Shown one piece after another: positions 43,500 to 59,271 of a stretch of 64,000 nt of DNA. The stretch's first letter is position 1; each line of letters begins with the position of its first letter. Position numbers and translations under genes: made by a program. Source of the DNA: Escherichia coli (lineage in GTDB: Bacteria; Pseudomonadota; Gammaproteobacteria; Enterobacterales; Enterobacteriaceae); the NCBI RefSeq assembly GCF_036507355.1, contig NZ_AP027877.1. One strand, written 5' to 3'. Below the pieces are notes generated by a model. It did not search any database. It saw only the letters and a program-made list of their open reading frames with translations, and was not told where the DNA came from.

Positions 43500-45647
43500 A
43501 TGAAAAAAGTCGTCACGGTTTGCCCCTATTGCGCATCAGGTTGCAAAATCAACCTGGTCGTCGATAACGGCAAAATCGTCCGGGCGGAGGCAGCGCAGGG
43601 GAAAACCAACCAGGGTACCCTGTGTCTGAAGGGTTATTATGGCTGGGATTTCATTAACGATACCCAGATCCTGACCCCGCGCCTGAAAACCCCCATGATC
43701 CGTCGCCAGCGTGGCGGCAAACTCGAACCTGTTTCCTGGGATGAGGCACTGAATTACGTTGCCGAGCGCCTGAGCGCCATCAAAGAGAAGTACGGTCCGG
43801 ATGCCATCCAGACGACCGGCTCCTCGCGTGGTACGGGTAACGAAACCAACTATGTAATGCAAAAATTTGCGCGCGCCGTTATTGGTACCAATAACGTTGA
43901 CTGCTGCGCTCGTGTCTGACACGGCCCATCGGTTGCAGGTCTGCACCAATCGGTCGGTAATGGCGCAATGAGCAATGCTATTAACGAAATTGATAATACA
44001 GATTTAGTGTTCGTTTTCGGGTACAACCCGGCGGATTCCCACCCAATCGTAGCGAATCACGTAATTAACGCTAAACGTAACGGGGCGAAAATTATCGTCT
44101 GCGATCCGCGCAAAATTGAAACCGCGCGCATTGCTGACATGCACATTGCACTGAAAAACGGCTCGAACATCGCGCTGTTGAATGCGATGGGCCATGTCAT
44201 TATTGAAGAAAATCTGTACGACAAAGCGTTCGTCGCTTCACGTACAGAAGGCTTTGAAGAGTATCGTAAAATCGTTGAAGGCTACACGCCGGAGTCGGTT
44301 GAAGATATCACCGGCGTCAGCGCCAGTGAGATTCGTCAGGCGGCGCGGATGTATGCCCAGGCGAAAAGCGCCGCCATCCTGTGGGGCATGGGTGTAACCC
44401 AGTTCTACCAGGGCGTGGAAACCGTGCGTTCTCTGACCAGCCTCGCGATGCTGACCGGTAACCTCGGTAAGCCGCATGCGGGTGTAAACCCGGTTCGTGG
44501 TCAGAACAACGTGCAGGGTGCCTGCGATATGGGCGCGCTGCCGGATACGTATCCGGGATACCAGTACGTAAAAGATCCGGCTAACCGCGAGAAATTCGCC
44601 AAAGCCTGGGGCGTGGAAAGCCTGCCTGCTCATACCGGTTATCGCATCAGCGAGCTGCCGCACCGTGCAGCGCATGGCGAAGTGCGTGCCGCGTACATTA
44701 TGGGCGAAGATCCGCTGCAAACTGACGCGGAGCTGTCGGCAGTACGTAAAGCCTTTGAAGATCTGGAACTGGTTATCGTTCAGGACATCTTTATGACCAA
44801 AACCGCGTCGGCGGCGGATGTTATTTTACCGTCAACGTCGTGGGGCGAGCATGAAGGCGTGTTTACTGCGGCTGACCGTGGCTTCCAGCGTTTCTTCAAA
44901 GCAGTTGAACCGAAATGGGATCTGAAAACGGACTGGCAAATCATCAGTGAAATCGCCACCCGTATGGGTTATCCGATGCACTACAACAACACCCAGGAGA
45001 TCTGGGATGAGTTGCGTCATCTGTGCCCGGATTTCTACGGTGCGACTTACGAGAAAATGGGCGAACTGGGCTTCATTCAGTGGCCTTGCCGCGATACTTC
45101 AGATGCCGATCAGGGGACTTCTTATCTGTTTAAAGAGAAGTTTGATACCCCGAACGGTCTGGCGCAGTTCTTCACCTGCGACTGGGTAGCGCCAATCGAC
45201 AAACTCACCGACGAGTACCCGATGGTACTGTCAACGGTGCGTGAAGTTGGTCACTACTCTTGCCGTTCGATGACCGGTAACTGTGCGGCACTGGCGGCGC
45301 TGGCTGATGAACCTGGCTACGCACAAATCAATACCGAAGACGCCAAACGTCTGGGTATTGAAGATGAGGCATTGGTTTGGGTGCACTCGCGTAAAGGCAA
45401 AATTATCACCCGTGCGCAGGTCAGCGATCGTCCGAACAAAGGGGCGATTTACATGACCTACCAGTGGTGGATTGGTGCCTGTAACGAGCTGGTTACCGAA
45501 AACTTAAGCCCGATTACGAAAACGCCGGAATACAAATACTGCGCCGTGCGCGTCGAGCCGATCGCCGATCAGCGCGCCGCCGAGCAGTACGTGATTGACG
45601 AGTACAACAAGTTGAAAACTCGCCTGCGCGAAGCGGCACTGGCGTAA
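43500..45647 (+). CDS. fdhF: Formate dehydrogenase H (selenocysteine-containing molybdoenzyme)
   Basis: Two ORF-track pieces (43500..43919 and 43968..45647) are a single frame joined through the in-frame TGA at 43917..43919 (codon 140); 715 aa; N-terminal Fe-S Cys cluster. Confidence 0.95.
43917..43965 (+). other. UGA selenocysteine codon plus SECIS stem-loop
   Basis: In-frame TGA followed by cacggcccatcggttgcaggtctgcaccaatcggtcgg, which can form the SelB-binding hairpin. Confidence 0.8.
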
Positions 45648-45660
45648 TACAGTCCTTTCT

Positions 45661-45689
45661 ACAGCCTCCTTTCGGAGGCTGTTTTTTTA
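45661..45689 (+). terminator. Rho-independent terminator of fdhF
   Basis: acagcctcc-tttc-ggaggctgt hairpin followed by T7. Confidence 0.85.
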
Positions 45690-45740
45690 TCCATTCGAAC
45701 TCTTTATACTGGTTACTCCCTACCCAATCGTATTATCAAA

Positions 45741-46430
45741 ATGAAAAAAATTATCGCATTGATGTTGTTTTTGACATTCTTTGCCCACGCCAACGACTCC
45801 GAGCCTGGCAGCCAGTATTTAAAGGCAGCAGAGGCCGGGGACCGACGCGCACAATATTTTCTTGCCGACAGCTGGTTTAGCTCCGGCGATTTGAGCAAAG
45901 CCGAATATTGGGCACAGAAAGCCGCCGACAGCGGTGATGCTGATGCCTGCGCGCTGTTGGCGCAGATCAAAATCACCAATCCGGTCAGTCTGGACTATCC
46001 ACAAGCAAAAGTTCTTGCAGAGAAAGCGGCGCAAGCGGGCAGTAAAGAAGGTGAAGTAACGCTGGCGCATATTCTGGTAAATACTCAAGCGGGTAAACCG
46101 GATTATCCAAAGGCGATTTCGCTGTTAGAAAACGCCTCGGAAGATCTGGAGAATGACTCCGCCGTCGATGCCCAAATGCTGCTTGGTTTGATTTACGCCA
46201 ACGGCGTGGGCATTAAGGCCGACGATGACAAGGCAACCTGGTATTTCAAACGCAGCTCTGCAATTTCCCGAACCGGTTATTCCGAGTACTGGGCGGGAAT
46301 GATGTTCTTAAACGGTGAAGAAGGTTTTATCGAGAAGAACAAGCAAAAGGCGCTGCACTGGTTGAACCTGAGCTGTATGGAAGGGTTTGATACCGGGTGT
46401 GAAGAGTTTGAAAAATTAACTAACGGTTAA
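45741..46430 (+). CDS. yjcO: Sel1/TPR-like repeat periplasmic protein YjcO
   Basis: 229 aa; signal peptide MKKIIALMLFLTFFAHA; repeated Sel1-like motifs. Confidence 0.85.
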   Translation: MKKIIALMLFLTFFAHANDSEPGSQYLKAAEAGDRRAQYFLADSWFSSGDLSKAEYWAQKAADSGDADACALLAQIKITNPVSLDYPQAKVLAEKAAQAGSKEGEVTLAHILVNTQAGKPDYPKAISLLENASEDLENDSAVDAQMLLGLIYANGVGIKADDDKATWYFKRSSAISRTGYSEYWAGMMFLNGEEGFIEKNKQKALHWLNLSCMEGFDTGCEEFEKLTNG

Positions 46431-46431
46431 G

Positions 46432-46590
46432 GTAGGCCTGATAAGACGCGTTAAGCGTCGCATCAGGCGTTGATGTCGGATGCGGCGTAAACGCCTTATC
46501 CGACCTACAAAATCACGCTAAATCAGGCTATTGCGCTGTCTGACGTAGGCCTGATAAGACGCACCAGCGTCGCATCAGGCATCCACACAT
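46432..46590. repeat. BIME / REP cluster between yjcO and gltP
   Basis: At least four REP copies in alternating orientation (gtaggcctgataagacgc..., gtcggatgcggcg...). Confidence 0.85.
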
Positions 46591-46619
46591 TGCCGGGGGA
46601 TATCCCCGGCAATCTTCAA

Positions 46620-47933
46620 TTATTGATCCGCAGTTTTATCAAATTTGCCCAGCACTTCACGCTCATAAGCCAGCGCCTTTTTGCGGTCAAATTTGTGTTC
46701 CCACTTGGCAATCACCAGCACCGCCAGCGCATTACCCACCACGTTCAGCGCAGTACGCGCCATATCGAGGATACGGTCAACACCGGCAATAAACGCCAGA
46801 CCTTCCAGCGGAATACCTACGCTACCCAGCGTTGCCAGCAACACCACAAACGACACGCCCGGCACGCCAGCAATCCCTTTCGAGGTCACCATCAGCGTCA
46901 GCACCAGAATGATTTCCTGCCAGATGGACAGGTCAATGCCATACAGCTGAGCGATGAAAATAGCGGCAATACTTTGATACAGCGTCGAACCATCAAGGTT
47001 AAAAGAGTAACCGGTCGGCACCACGAAGCTGGTGATCGACGCCGGTGCTCCGTAGGCTTCCATCTTCTCAATAATTCGCGGCAGTACGCTTTCAGAGCTG
47101 GCAGTGGAGTACGCCAGAATCAGCTCATCTTTCAGAATACGAATCAGGATCCAGACGCTTAACCCGCACAGGCGCGCCACAATTCCCAGCACTACCAGCG
47201 CGAAGAACAGAATGGCGAAATGCACCAGCAGCACCAGTTTCGCCAGTGGCCACAGAGAAGAGAAACCAAAGTTAGCCACCGTCACCGCAATCAGCGCAAA
47301 CACACCCACCGGCGCATAACGCATCACCATGTGAGTCACTTTAAACATGGTTTCAGAGATGGAGCGGAACACGGTCACCAGCGGTTCACGATGCGTCGCG
47401 GGCAGGGAGGAAAGCCCCAGACCAAACAGCACCGAGAAGAAGATGATCGGCAGCATTTCGCCTTTCGCCATCGACGCCACAATGTTCGTCGGCACCAGCG
47501 ACAAAATCGTGCCCATAATGCCGTGGGAACTGCTTTGTACCGCTTCCGTAGTGCTCTGATATTTCGAGATATCGACGGTCGCCAGCTGCGACATATCCAC
47601 CCCGGCACCGGGCTGGAAGACGTTCGCCAGAGTGATCCCCAAAATGATGGCGACGGTGGTGATCACCTCGAAGTAAATAATGGTTTTCGCGCCAATACGC
47701 CCGAGCTGTTTGGCATCACCCACACCCGCGATACCCACCACCAGCGTGGAGATCACAATCGGCACAACAATCATTTTGATCAGATGGATGAAGATATCAC
47801 CCGCCGGAGAGAGCAAATTGACGACCAGCCAGTCGCGGCTGTCGCTATGGTAGTGCAGGTAGCTTCCCAGGAGAATGCCCAGCACCATAGCAAACAGAAT
47901 CTGCCAGGCCAGGCTGAATTTTATATTTTTCAT
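46620..47933 (-). CDS. gltP: Glutamate/aspartate:proton symporter GltP
   Basis: 437 aa; recognised GltP (DAACS family). Confidence 0.95.
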   Translation of the reverse strand: MKNIKFSLAWQILFAMVLGILLGSYLHYHSDSRDWLVVNLLSPAGDIFIHLIKMIVVPIVISTLVVGIAGVGDAKQLGRIGAKTIIYFEVITTVAIILGITLANVFQPGAGVDMSQLATVDISKYQSTTEAVQSSSHGIMGTILSLVPTNIVASMAKGEMLPIIFFSVLFGLGLSSLPATHREPLVTVFRSISETMFKVTHMVMRYAPVGVFALIAVTVANFGFSSLWPLAKLVLLVHFAILFFALVVLGIVARLCGLSVWILIRILKDELILAYSTASSESVLPRIIEKMEAYGAPASITSFVVPTGYSFNLDGSTLYQSIAAIFIAQLYGIDLSIWQEIILVLTLMVTSKGIAGVPGVSFVVLLATLGSVGIPLEGLAFIAGVDRILDMARTALNVVGNALAVLVIAKWEHKFDRKKALAYEREVLGKFDKTADQ

Positions 47934-48274
47934 CAGAATAACTTCCTCAATGGAGCGCCGTTCCCCGTTCAGAAACGCGAGAACGTGACATACTGCCAGG
48001 GCATGAATTGTGTTGCGTTGGTTTGTAGACTTTTTTAACGCTTATGATCAGTATCATTTGCGCGGTATGTTGCGCAACCCTTTAACAACAGAGCTTTTCG
48101 CTGCATTAATGCATAATAACGCGAGTTTATGGCAGGATTAATGAATAACCATTTGTTATGGAAAGATTTTTATTTGTTTAATCTGCAATAATACTGATTA
48201 GTGATTATTTTTAGTATATGTTCATTCGATTATTTTTTATGCAGCTCAATAACATAATCTTCATCACCAGATGA

Positions 48275-48871
48275 TTAATCCGATCTCCGCTGCAACAATT
48301 TCGCCATATTAATCGACTCGACCAGCTGTGTCCGGTTGATCCGGGGTGAGTTGAGATCCATCACTTTTTGCCATAGTTCGATGGCTTGCGCGTAGTTCGC
48401 CTGCATAAACGCATCGGAAGCCAGCAGCATCAGAGCGGTGATTTCGTTAGAGTCCAGCGCGAGGGCTTTGTCGATCATTGCGCGAGTCTGGGCGGTCATA
48501 TGCTGGCTGGCCTGATAGTAGAGCACCGTCGCCAGCGCCGCATACAATTCAGCATTCTCACCACGTAGTTGCAACGCCTGACGGTACGCCAGCAGCGAAT
48601 TGCTGTAATCGTTTTGCCACAGATAGTACTCGCCCAGTAACGCCCACTGTTCGCTGTTTTGCGGATTAGCGCGGATTTTATCCTGCAATGCCTGAAGCTG
48701 CGCTTCCGGGGTTTGCTGGCTGGCAAACTGATGTAGCGGATCGCGCTGACGCTGATACTCCGCACGTACCGCCTGCCATTTTGGGCTTAACAGATAACTG
48801 CCGACACAGAGGAATACCATCAATATCGTGAGTGTTGTCAGCATTTTCACCGGTATTTGAGGCTGTTTCAT
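48275..48871 (-). CDS. nrfG: Cytochrome c nitrite reductase biogenesis protein NrfG (TPR)
   Basis: ORF 48275..48937; start placed at [13 protein letters not shown] (198 aa), which gives a 4-bp ATGA overlap with nrfF. Confidence 0.88.
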   Translation of the reverse strand: MKQPQIPVKMLTTLTILMVFLCVGSYLLSPKWQAVRAEYQRQRDPLHQFASQQTPEAQLQALQDKIRANPQNSEQWALLGEYYLWQNDYSNSLLAYRQALQLRGENAELYAALATVLYYQASQHMTAQTRAMIDKALALDSNEITALMLLASDAFMQANYAQAIELWQKVMDLNSPRINRTQLVESINMAKLLQRRSD

Positions 48872-49251
48872 CGCTTTGCCCTCACTCGCCAGAGGATCAG
48901 TGCCATCAGCAGTAACAACACCACTGGCAGCGCCCACAACACCAGCGTCTGACCCGTTAACGGTGGGTTATAGCGAACAAAATCTCCGTAGCGTTCGGTC
49001 ATCCAGCCAATGATTTCGACTTCACTTTTCCCCTCCGCCACCATGCTGTAAACCTGATGGCGCATACTGACTGCCACCGGCGCGTTGGATTCCAGTAAGT
49101 TTTGATTCTGGCACTGCGGACAACGTAACTGGCTGGCAATATTTAACGCCTGTTGCTGTTGTTGCGGATTGGCGAATTGCCAGGTGTCTACAACCTGAGC
49201 GCGCGCAAAACAGGTAAATAACAGCAGTAGCGTGAGAAGCCCTTTATACAT
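48868..49251 (-). CDS. nrfF: NrfF (CcmH-like thiol-disulfide protein)
   Basis: 127 aa; CPQC motif; signal peptide. Confidence 0.9.
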   Translation of the reverse strand: MYKGLLTLLLLFTCFARAQVVDTWQFANPQQQQQALNIASQLRCPQCQNQNLLESNAPVAVSMRHQVYSMVAEGKSEVEIIGWMTERYGDFVRYNPPLTGQTLVLWALPVVLLLLMALILWRVRAKR

Positions 49252-50926
49252 CGCGCTTCTTCCCCCGCCATCCGCTTAACAATGCGCCTGCAATCATCAA
49301 CAATCCTCCCCCCCAGATCCAGCGCACACCGCTTTGTACATACAAACGAAAAGCGTAACGATCCGGCCCAGTTTTCTCCCCCATGACCGCATACCAGTCA
49401 TGGATGCCGTTCCAGCGAATTGACGGTTCCATCATTTGCTGACGGCGTGCTTCATAAAAACGCCGCTCCGGCGTCAGTTCACCAATACGTTGCTGATGGT
49501 CAAACAGTGCCACTATCGCTTTTTCGCTGGTGTAATTGCCTCTGGCTTGCAGATCGAGGCGCTCAAAACGGAAGGTGTATCCTGCCAGCGTCACCTGCTG
49601 ACCCAGCTGTAAATTCAGGCTGATTTCCTGACGGCTGACGCTGGAAACCACGACCCCAGCGGCAAATAACAGCACGCCCGCATGAGCTACCAGCGCCGGA
49701 AGCTGCACGCGTTTGCCAGAGACAAACGTCGCCAGCACAATCACCACCAACATCAACAGACCAAACGGTAACGTCGCGCGGTTAAAATACGGTGCGCCAA
49801 CGGAGAGGCGTCCCCAGCCCAGCAGGCCGTAAATCATCGGATAAAGCGTTCCCACCAGCACGATCAGTAGCACTGCGCAAAACAGCAACAGCGTAGCGAG
49901 GATTAACATTTCCCGCGATAACCCCGAAAAACGCACCGCCGGGCCACCGTCCCGCGCTCGCCAGCCATACAGAGCCAGAGACGCAAGGCTAATCAGTGCA
50001 AACAGACTGAACAACGGCACGGCGCGGACGTTATCCAGCGCGAACGCATGAACCGAAACCAGAATGCCAGAACGGACAATTAAGGTGCCCAGCAATGACA
50101 GCATCAGAGTAACTATCGCCAACAACAGCGACCAGTGGCGGAAAATCCCCCGCTGGCGTGTCAGGGATAAACTGTGCAGCAGCGCAGTGGCAGAAAGCCA
50201 GGGTAATAAAGAGGCGTTTTCCACCGGATCCCAGAACCACCAGCCGCCCCAGCCCAGTTCGCAATAGGCCCACCAGGAACCGAGGATGATCCCCGCAGTT
50301 AATGCGCTCCAGCCAGGTAACGCCCAGCGCCAGCAAATTCGGGCGCAGGCACCATCAAACTCGCCGCGCAGTAGACTCGCCAGCGCCACGCTCGCCGCTA
50401 CCATCAAACCGCCATAGCCAAGGTAAAGCAGCGGTGGATGAAAGATAAGACCGGGATGTTGCAGCATCGGATTGAGATCGCGGCCTTCGATTGCTGGTGG
50501 AAATATCCGCACGAAAGGATCGGACCACAGCACTACAAACAGTAGCAGTGCGGCGAGCATGAGAGATAAAACGGCTAACGTCAGCGGAAATAGCGGATCG
50601 GTTTGCTGCCGATAATGCCAGGCAAACAGCGCGCTCCAGGCGGAAAGCAGCAGAACCCAAAGCAGCAGCGAACCTTCATGACCACCCCATACCGCCGCCA
50701 GTTTGAGTTCCCACGACAGCAGGCTGTAGCTATGTTGGGCGACATAAATGACCGAGAAATCGCTGATGAGAAAACAATACGTCAGTACGCCAAAGGCGAG
50801 CAGCAGGAGCGCGAACTGTGCCAGAATGCCGATGCAAGTGAGTCGCATCATGGCAGGCCAGCGCAACCGCACTCCCGCGAAGGCCGTCAACGGGGTCAAC
50901 ACGTTGACCCCGAGACTTAACAACAA
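49244..50926 (-). CDS. nrfE: NrfE (CcmF-like haem lyase)
   Basis: 560-codon ORF; the true start may be a few codons downstream; polytopic membrane protein. Confidence 0.9.
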   Translation of the reverse strand: MLLSLGVNVLTPLTAFAGVRLRWPAMMRLTCIGILAQFALLLLAFGVLTYCFLISDFSVIYVAQHSYSLLSWELKLAAVWGGHEGSLLLWVLLLSAWSALFAWHYRQQTDPLFPLTLAVLSLMLAALLLFVVLWSDPFVRIFPPAIEGRDLNPMLQHPGLIFHPPLLYLGYGGLMVAASVALASLLRGEFDGACARICWRWALPGWSALTAGIILGSWWAYCELGWGGWWFWDPVENASLLPWLSATALLHSLSLTRQRGIFRHWSLLLAIVTLMLSLLGTLIVRSGILVSVHAFALDNVRAVPLFSLFALISLASLALYGWRARDGGPAVRFSGLSREMLILATLLLFCAVLLIVLVGTLYPMIYGLLGWGRLSVGAPYFNRATLPFGLLMLVVIVLATFVSGKRVQLPALVAHAGVLLFAAGVVVSSVSRQEISLNLQLGQQVTLAGYTFRFERLDLQARGNYTSEKAIVALFDHQQRIGELTPERRFYEARRQQMMEPSIRWNGIHDWYAVMGEKTGPDRYAFRLYVQSGVRWIWGGGLLMIAGALLSGWRGKKRDV

Positions 50927-50981
50927 CGCCAGAAAACCGACTTCAGGAAGGAATACGTCCAGAAACCACCTCTTTTCTGGC

Positions 50982-51938
50982 TTACGCCACCGTTAACTGC
51001 CCGGCGTAGAGAATGAAAAAACGCAGCATCAAGACGCCGACCAGGCTGGCCCCACACGCCGCCAGCACGGCAGGAATGCCGGAACTGCGATTGACCCACG
51101 GTTTGAGCAACATTGGTACAATCAACCCCAGCCCGGCGACACCAAGCCAGAACCACCACGTCCAGAAACCGCCGCCCAATGCCGCCACCAGCGCACGCAC
51201 TTTACCGTCATCGCCCAGCGCCAGACCGACAAAAAACGCCACCAGCAGGAAGATTTCACCCCATACCACGGGGATTTCCATCCGGTGAACAAAGTGCGCT
51301 TCCGTGGAATGCGGATTTTTGCGTTGGCGTATCGCCATGGCGATCAGCGCTACCGCCGCACCGGACGAGATGCCGGAGAAGAGGAACAGCACCGGCAGGA
51401 TCGGGTTATTGAGGAACGGATACGATTTCAGCGCCGACAGCAGAAAACCGGTATAAGCCCCCAACAACACCGCCAGCACCAGCATCAATGTTTCCAGTCC
51501 GCGATGAACGGGCGTCAGCAGGCTCAGAACCTTTTGCACGATCCCCAGCTTCGGCAACCAGCGTTGTTGCAGGGCAAGCAAATCATGTTCAAAGATTTTC
51601 GCCAGCCACAGCACCAGCACCACCATGTAAAGCTGAAACAGCATCACCCCCATCGACATCACCGAGGTAAAACTGTAGTGGAACATCAGCTTCCAGAAGG
51701 TCCACGGTCTTGTCAGGTGGAAGACGAGGATCAATAGACCGAGGATCACCGCGCCAGGTCCGACAATCAGCGTGGTGCGCAGCAACGTGCTGTCTGCACC
51801 GCCCGCCTGCGGGTAGAAGCGACGTAACAGCACAGCCAGCGTCACCAGACCAGCAGAAATACCAATCAAAAACAGGTAGATGGCAATCGGCCAGTCCCAC
51901 ACCAGTGATTCAAAATGAAATGCGGAAGTCTGCGTCAT
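50982..51938 (-). CDS. nrfD: NrfD (membrane quinol-interacting subunit)
   Basis: 318 aa; polytopic membrane protein; overlaps nrfC. Confidence 0.92.
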   Translation of the reverse strand: MTQTSAFHFESLVWDWPIAIYLFLIGISAGLVTLAVLLRRFYPQAGGADSTLLRTTLIVGPGAVILGLLILVFHLTRPWTFWKLMFHYSFTSVMSMGVMLFQLYMVVLVLWLAKIFEHDLLALQQRWLPKLGIVQKVLSLLTPVHRGLETLMLVLAVLLGAYTGFLLSALKSYPFLNNPILPVLFLFSGISSGAAVALIAMAIRQRKNPHSTEAHFVHRMEIPVVWGEIFLLVAFFVGLALGDDGKVRALVAALGGGFWTWWFWLGVAGLGLIVPMLLKPWVNRSSGIPAVLAACGASLVGVLMLRFFILYAGQLTVA

Positions 51939-52606
51939 TGGCTCACCTCCCCGTATTTAAACGGTACGCGGTACAGCTTCGGTTTGGTTCCCAGCGCCAG
52001 CTTGTAGCGGTAAGTGGGCTTCTGGCGCAGCAGTTGCGAAATCTCACTGTTGGGATCGTCCAGATTGCCAAACGTCAGCGCCTTCGTCGGGCAAGCCTCA
52101 ACGCACGCGGGAAGCTTACCGGCCTGCAAATTGGTCTTACGGCAGAAATCGCATTTGTCCGCTGTCTTCGTGACCGGATGGATAAAGCGCACGCGGTACG
52201 GACAGGCGGCGATGCAGTACTGACAACCGACGCAGAGATCCGGATTAACATCGACAATCCCGCTAGCGGCATCACGAAAAGACGCACCGGTCGGGCAGAC
52301 GTCAACGCACGGCGCATGATCGCAGTGCTGGCAAGACTTACGGAAGAAGCGATATTTCACATCAGGAAATTCGCCCTGCGGCTCGCTACGAATAATCGTC
52401 AGGCGCGAGACGCCTTCCGGCACCTTGTTCACTTCCCGACAAGCATCCATACAGGCGGTACAGCCGATGCATAACGACTCGTCATGCACCATGCCGTAAC
52501 GTACCCCATTGATATTCAACGTTTTCGCCACCACGCGTCCTGCGGTGCCGCTGACGGCTGCCAGCACGCCGACGCCGGTGAGAAACTGGCGACGAGACCA
52601 GGTCAT
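51935..52606 (-). CDS. nrfC: NrfC (4Fe-4S ferredoxin-type subunit, Tat signal)
   Basis: 223 aa; RRQFLTG twin-arginine motif; multiple CxxCxxCxxxCP motifs. Confidence 0.93.
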
Positions 52607-53169
52607 GGCTGCTCCTTAAGCAACGGAACAGACGCCGGGTTAAAGTTCGGATTGGTGCGCTGATCGCTGTGGCAATCGACGCAAATCTTAATCCGTCCTT
52701 TGTCACTTAACGTCTGCATCGTATCTTGCTGTGGATGCAGGGAATGGCAGCTGGCGCACGCCACTTTGGTTACGTGGACATCGTGCGGCCAGAACGCTTT
52801 TTGCAACTGTTCCGGCAGATGGCAGGACATACAGACGCTGTTCTGCTCTCCAACCTTGTACATCGGCTCGTTAAAGCGCATCACATCTTTCACCCCTTCG
52901 CGGTGTTGCGGTGATGGCTGGCCGTGACAGTTGGTGCAGGTGACCGGCAGTTTGTTATTCGGGTTGATAACGGAAGCATGTTTGCCATGCATACCTTCGG
53001 TATCTGGCTTATGACAGTCCAGACAGGCGGCATCCGGGTTACGCTGCTGGGTAACTTCGTAGCGATCATCAGATGCCTGCGCCGCAGGGGTAGCGGTAAT
53101 TCCGTTCAGGCTCCACAACAGGCCCGACGCCAGCACCCCGGCAGTTAATAACGAACGTAATACGCTCAT
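52603..53169 (-). CDS. nrfB: NrfB pentahaem cytochrome c
   Basis: Start at [11 protein letters not shown] (188 aa); five CxxCH motifs. Confidence 0.93.
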
Positions 53170-53213
53170 ATTCACTCCATTGTGTTTTCCGCCCCTTGCG
53201 AGGCGGAACGGGG

Positions 53214-55042
<1,829 letters not shown>

Positions 55043-57001
55043 ATGAGTCAAATTCACAAACACACCATTCCTGCCAACATCGCAGACCGTTGCCTGATAA
55101 ACCCTCAGCAGTACGAGGCGATGTATCAACAATCTATTAACGCACCTGATACCTTCTGGGGCGAACAGGGAAAAATTCTCGACTGGATCAAACCGTACCA
55201 GAAGGTGAAAAACACCTCCTTTGCCCCCGGTAATGTGTCCATTAAATGGTACGAGGACGGCACGCTGAATCTGGCGGCAAACTGTCTTGACCGCCATCTG
55301 CAAGAAAACGGCGATCGTACCGCCATCATCTGGGAAGGCGACGACGCCAGCCAGAGCAAACATATCAGCTATAAAGAGCTGCACCGCGACGTCTGCCGCT
55401 TCGCCAATACCCTGCTCGAGCTGGGCATTAAAAAAGGTGATGTGGTGGCGATTTATATGCCGATGGTGCCGGAAGCCGCGGTTGCGATGCTGGCCTGCGC
55501 CCGTATTGGCGCGGTGCATTCGGTAATTTTCGGTGGCTTCTCGCCGGAAGCGGTTGCCGGGCGCATTATCGATTCCAACTCACGACTGGTGATCACTTCC
55601 GACGAAGGCGTGCGCGCCGGGCGTAGTATTCCGCTGAAGAAAAACGTTGATGACGCACTAAAAAACCCGAACGTCACCAGCGTAGAGCATGTGGTGGTAC
55701 TGAAGCGTACTGGCGGAAAAATTGACTGGCAGGAAGGGCGCGACCTGTGGTGGCACGACCTGGTTGAGCAAGCCAGCGATCGGCACCAGGCGGAAGAGAT
55801 GAACGCCGAAGATCCGCTGTTTATTCTCTATACCTCCGGTTCTACCGGAAAACCAAAAGGCGTACTGCACACTACCGGCGGTTATCTGGTGTACGCGGCG
55901 CTGACCTTTAAATATGTCTTTGATTATCATCCGGGCGATATCTACTGGTGCACCGCCGATGTGGGTTGGGTTACCGGACACAGTTATTTGCTGTACGGCC
56001 CGCTGGCCTGCGGCGCGACCACGCTGATGTTTGAAGGCGTACCGAACTGGCCGACGCCTGCCCGTATGGCACAGGTGGTGGACAAGCATCAGGTCAATAT
56101 TCTCTATACCGCGCCCACGGCGATTCGCGCGCTGATGGCGGAAGGCGATAAAGCGATCGAAGGCACCGACCGTTCGTCGCTGCGCATTCTCGGTTCCGTG
56201 GGCGAGCCAATTAACCCGGAAGCGTGGGAGTGGTACTGGAAAAAAATCGGCAACGAGAAATGTCCGGTGGTCGATACCTGGTGGCAGACCGAAACTGGCG
56301 GTTTCATGATCACCCCGCTACCTGGCGCTACCGAGCTGAAAGCCGGTTCGGCAACACGTCCGTTCTTCGGCGTGCAACCGGCGCTGGTCGATAACGAAGG
56401 TAACCCGCTGGAAGGGGCTACCGAAGGTAGCCTGGTGATCACCGACTCCTGGCCGGGTCAGGCGCGTACGCTGTTTGGCGATCACGAACGTTTTGAGCAG
56501 ACCTATTTTTCCACCTTCAAAAATATGTATTTCAGCGGCGACGGCGCGCGTCGTGATGAAGATGGCTATTACTGGATCACCGGGCGTGTGGACGATGTGC
56601 TGAACGTCTCCGGTCACCGTCTGGGAACGGCGGAGATTGAGTCGGCGCTGGTGGCGCATCCGAAAATCGCCGAAGCCGCTGTCGTCGGTATTCCGCACAA
56701 TATTAAAGGTCAGGCGATCTACGCCTACGTCACGCTTAATCACGGGGAGGAACCGTCACCAGAACTGTACGCAGAAGTCCGCAACTGGGTGCGTAAAGAG
56801 ATTGGCCCGCTGGCGACGCCAGACGTGCTGCACTGGACCGACTCCCTGCCTAAAACCCGCTCCGGCAAAATTATGCGCCGTATTCTGCGCAAAATTGCGG
56901 CGGGCGATACCAGCAACCTGGGCGATACCTCGACGCTTGCCGATCCTGGCGTAGTCGAGAAGCTGCTTGAAGAGAAGCAGGCTATCGCGATGCCATCGTA
57001 A
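55043..57001 (+). CDS. acs: Acetyl-CoA synthetase
   Basis: 652 aa; AMP-binding motif [11 protein letters not shown]; recognised Acs. Confidence 0.96.
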   Translation: MSQIHKHTIPANIADRCLINPQQYEAMYQQSINAPDTFWGEQGKILDWIKPYQKVKNTSFAPGNVSIKWYEDGTLNLAANCLDRHLQENGDRTAIIWEGDDASQSKHISYKELHRDVCRFANTLLELGIKKGDVVAIYMPMVPEAAVAMLACARIGAVHSVIFGGFSPEAVAGRIIDSNSRLVITSDEGVRAGRSIPLKKNVDDALKNPNVTSVEHVVVLKRTGGKIDWQEGRDLWWHDLVEQASDRHQAEEMNAEDPLFILYTSGSTGKPKGVLHTTGGYLVYAALTFKYVFDYHPGDIYWCTADVGWVTGHSYLLYGPLACGATTLMFEGVPNWPTPARMAQVVDKHQVNILYTAPTAIRALMAEGDKAIEGTDRSSLRILGSVGEPINPEAWEWYWKKIGNEKCPVVDTWWQTETGGFMITPLPGATELKAGSATRPFFGVQPALVDNEGNPLEGATEGSLVITDSWPGQARTLFGDHERFEQTYFSTFKNMYFSGDGARRDEDGYYWITGRVDDVLNVSGHRLGTAEIESALVAHPKIAEAAVVGIPHNIKGQAIYAYVTLNHGEEPSPELYAEVRNWVRKEIGPLATPDVLHWTDSLPKTRSGKIMRRILRKIAAGDTSNLGDTSTLADPGVVEKLLEEKQAIAMPS

Positions 57002-57010
57002 CCCACAATT

Positions 57011-57052
57011 GCCGGATGCGGCGTATAACGCCTTATCCGGCCTACATTCGGC
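57011..57052. repeat. REP element after acs
   Basis: gccggatgcggcgtataacgccttatccggcctaca. Confidence 0.8.
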
Positions 57053-57133
57053 AAGGGTTACCCGAGCGTTAACCTTCTCCCATAAGGGAGCGGGAATTAA
57101 AACAATCCCTACATTACCTCTGGAGAATCTGTG

Positions 57134-59094
<1,961 letters not shown>

Positions 59095-59271
59095 TCTCTC
59101 CCCTTCCCCGGTCGTCTGACCGGGGAATACTCTTCCTCTCCCAAATGCATCACCTTTTCCCATAATATTAAACAAATAAACTCATTAAAAAATGAGCGAT
59201 TTTTGACAGTCGTAGAAAATGATAATGCAGAGAATATGCCTTTTCTTTCTTGTTAATTATAAGGATATTTT

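Noticed and set aside
43917-43919. In-frame TGA splitting fdhF into two ORFs, which could suggest a pseudogene
   Set aside because: The position corresponds to the known selenocysteine codon of FdhF, the downstream frame continues without a start codon, and a SECIS-like hairpin follows
46588-46614. Palindrome cattgccgggggatatccccggcaatc just downstream of gltP, as a possible gltP terminator
   Set aside because: No T-run follows on the gltP (minus) strand; it may be part of the adjacent REP cluster
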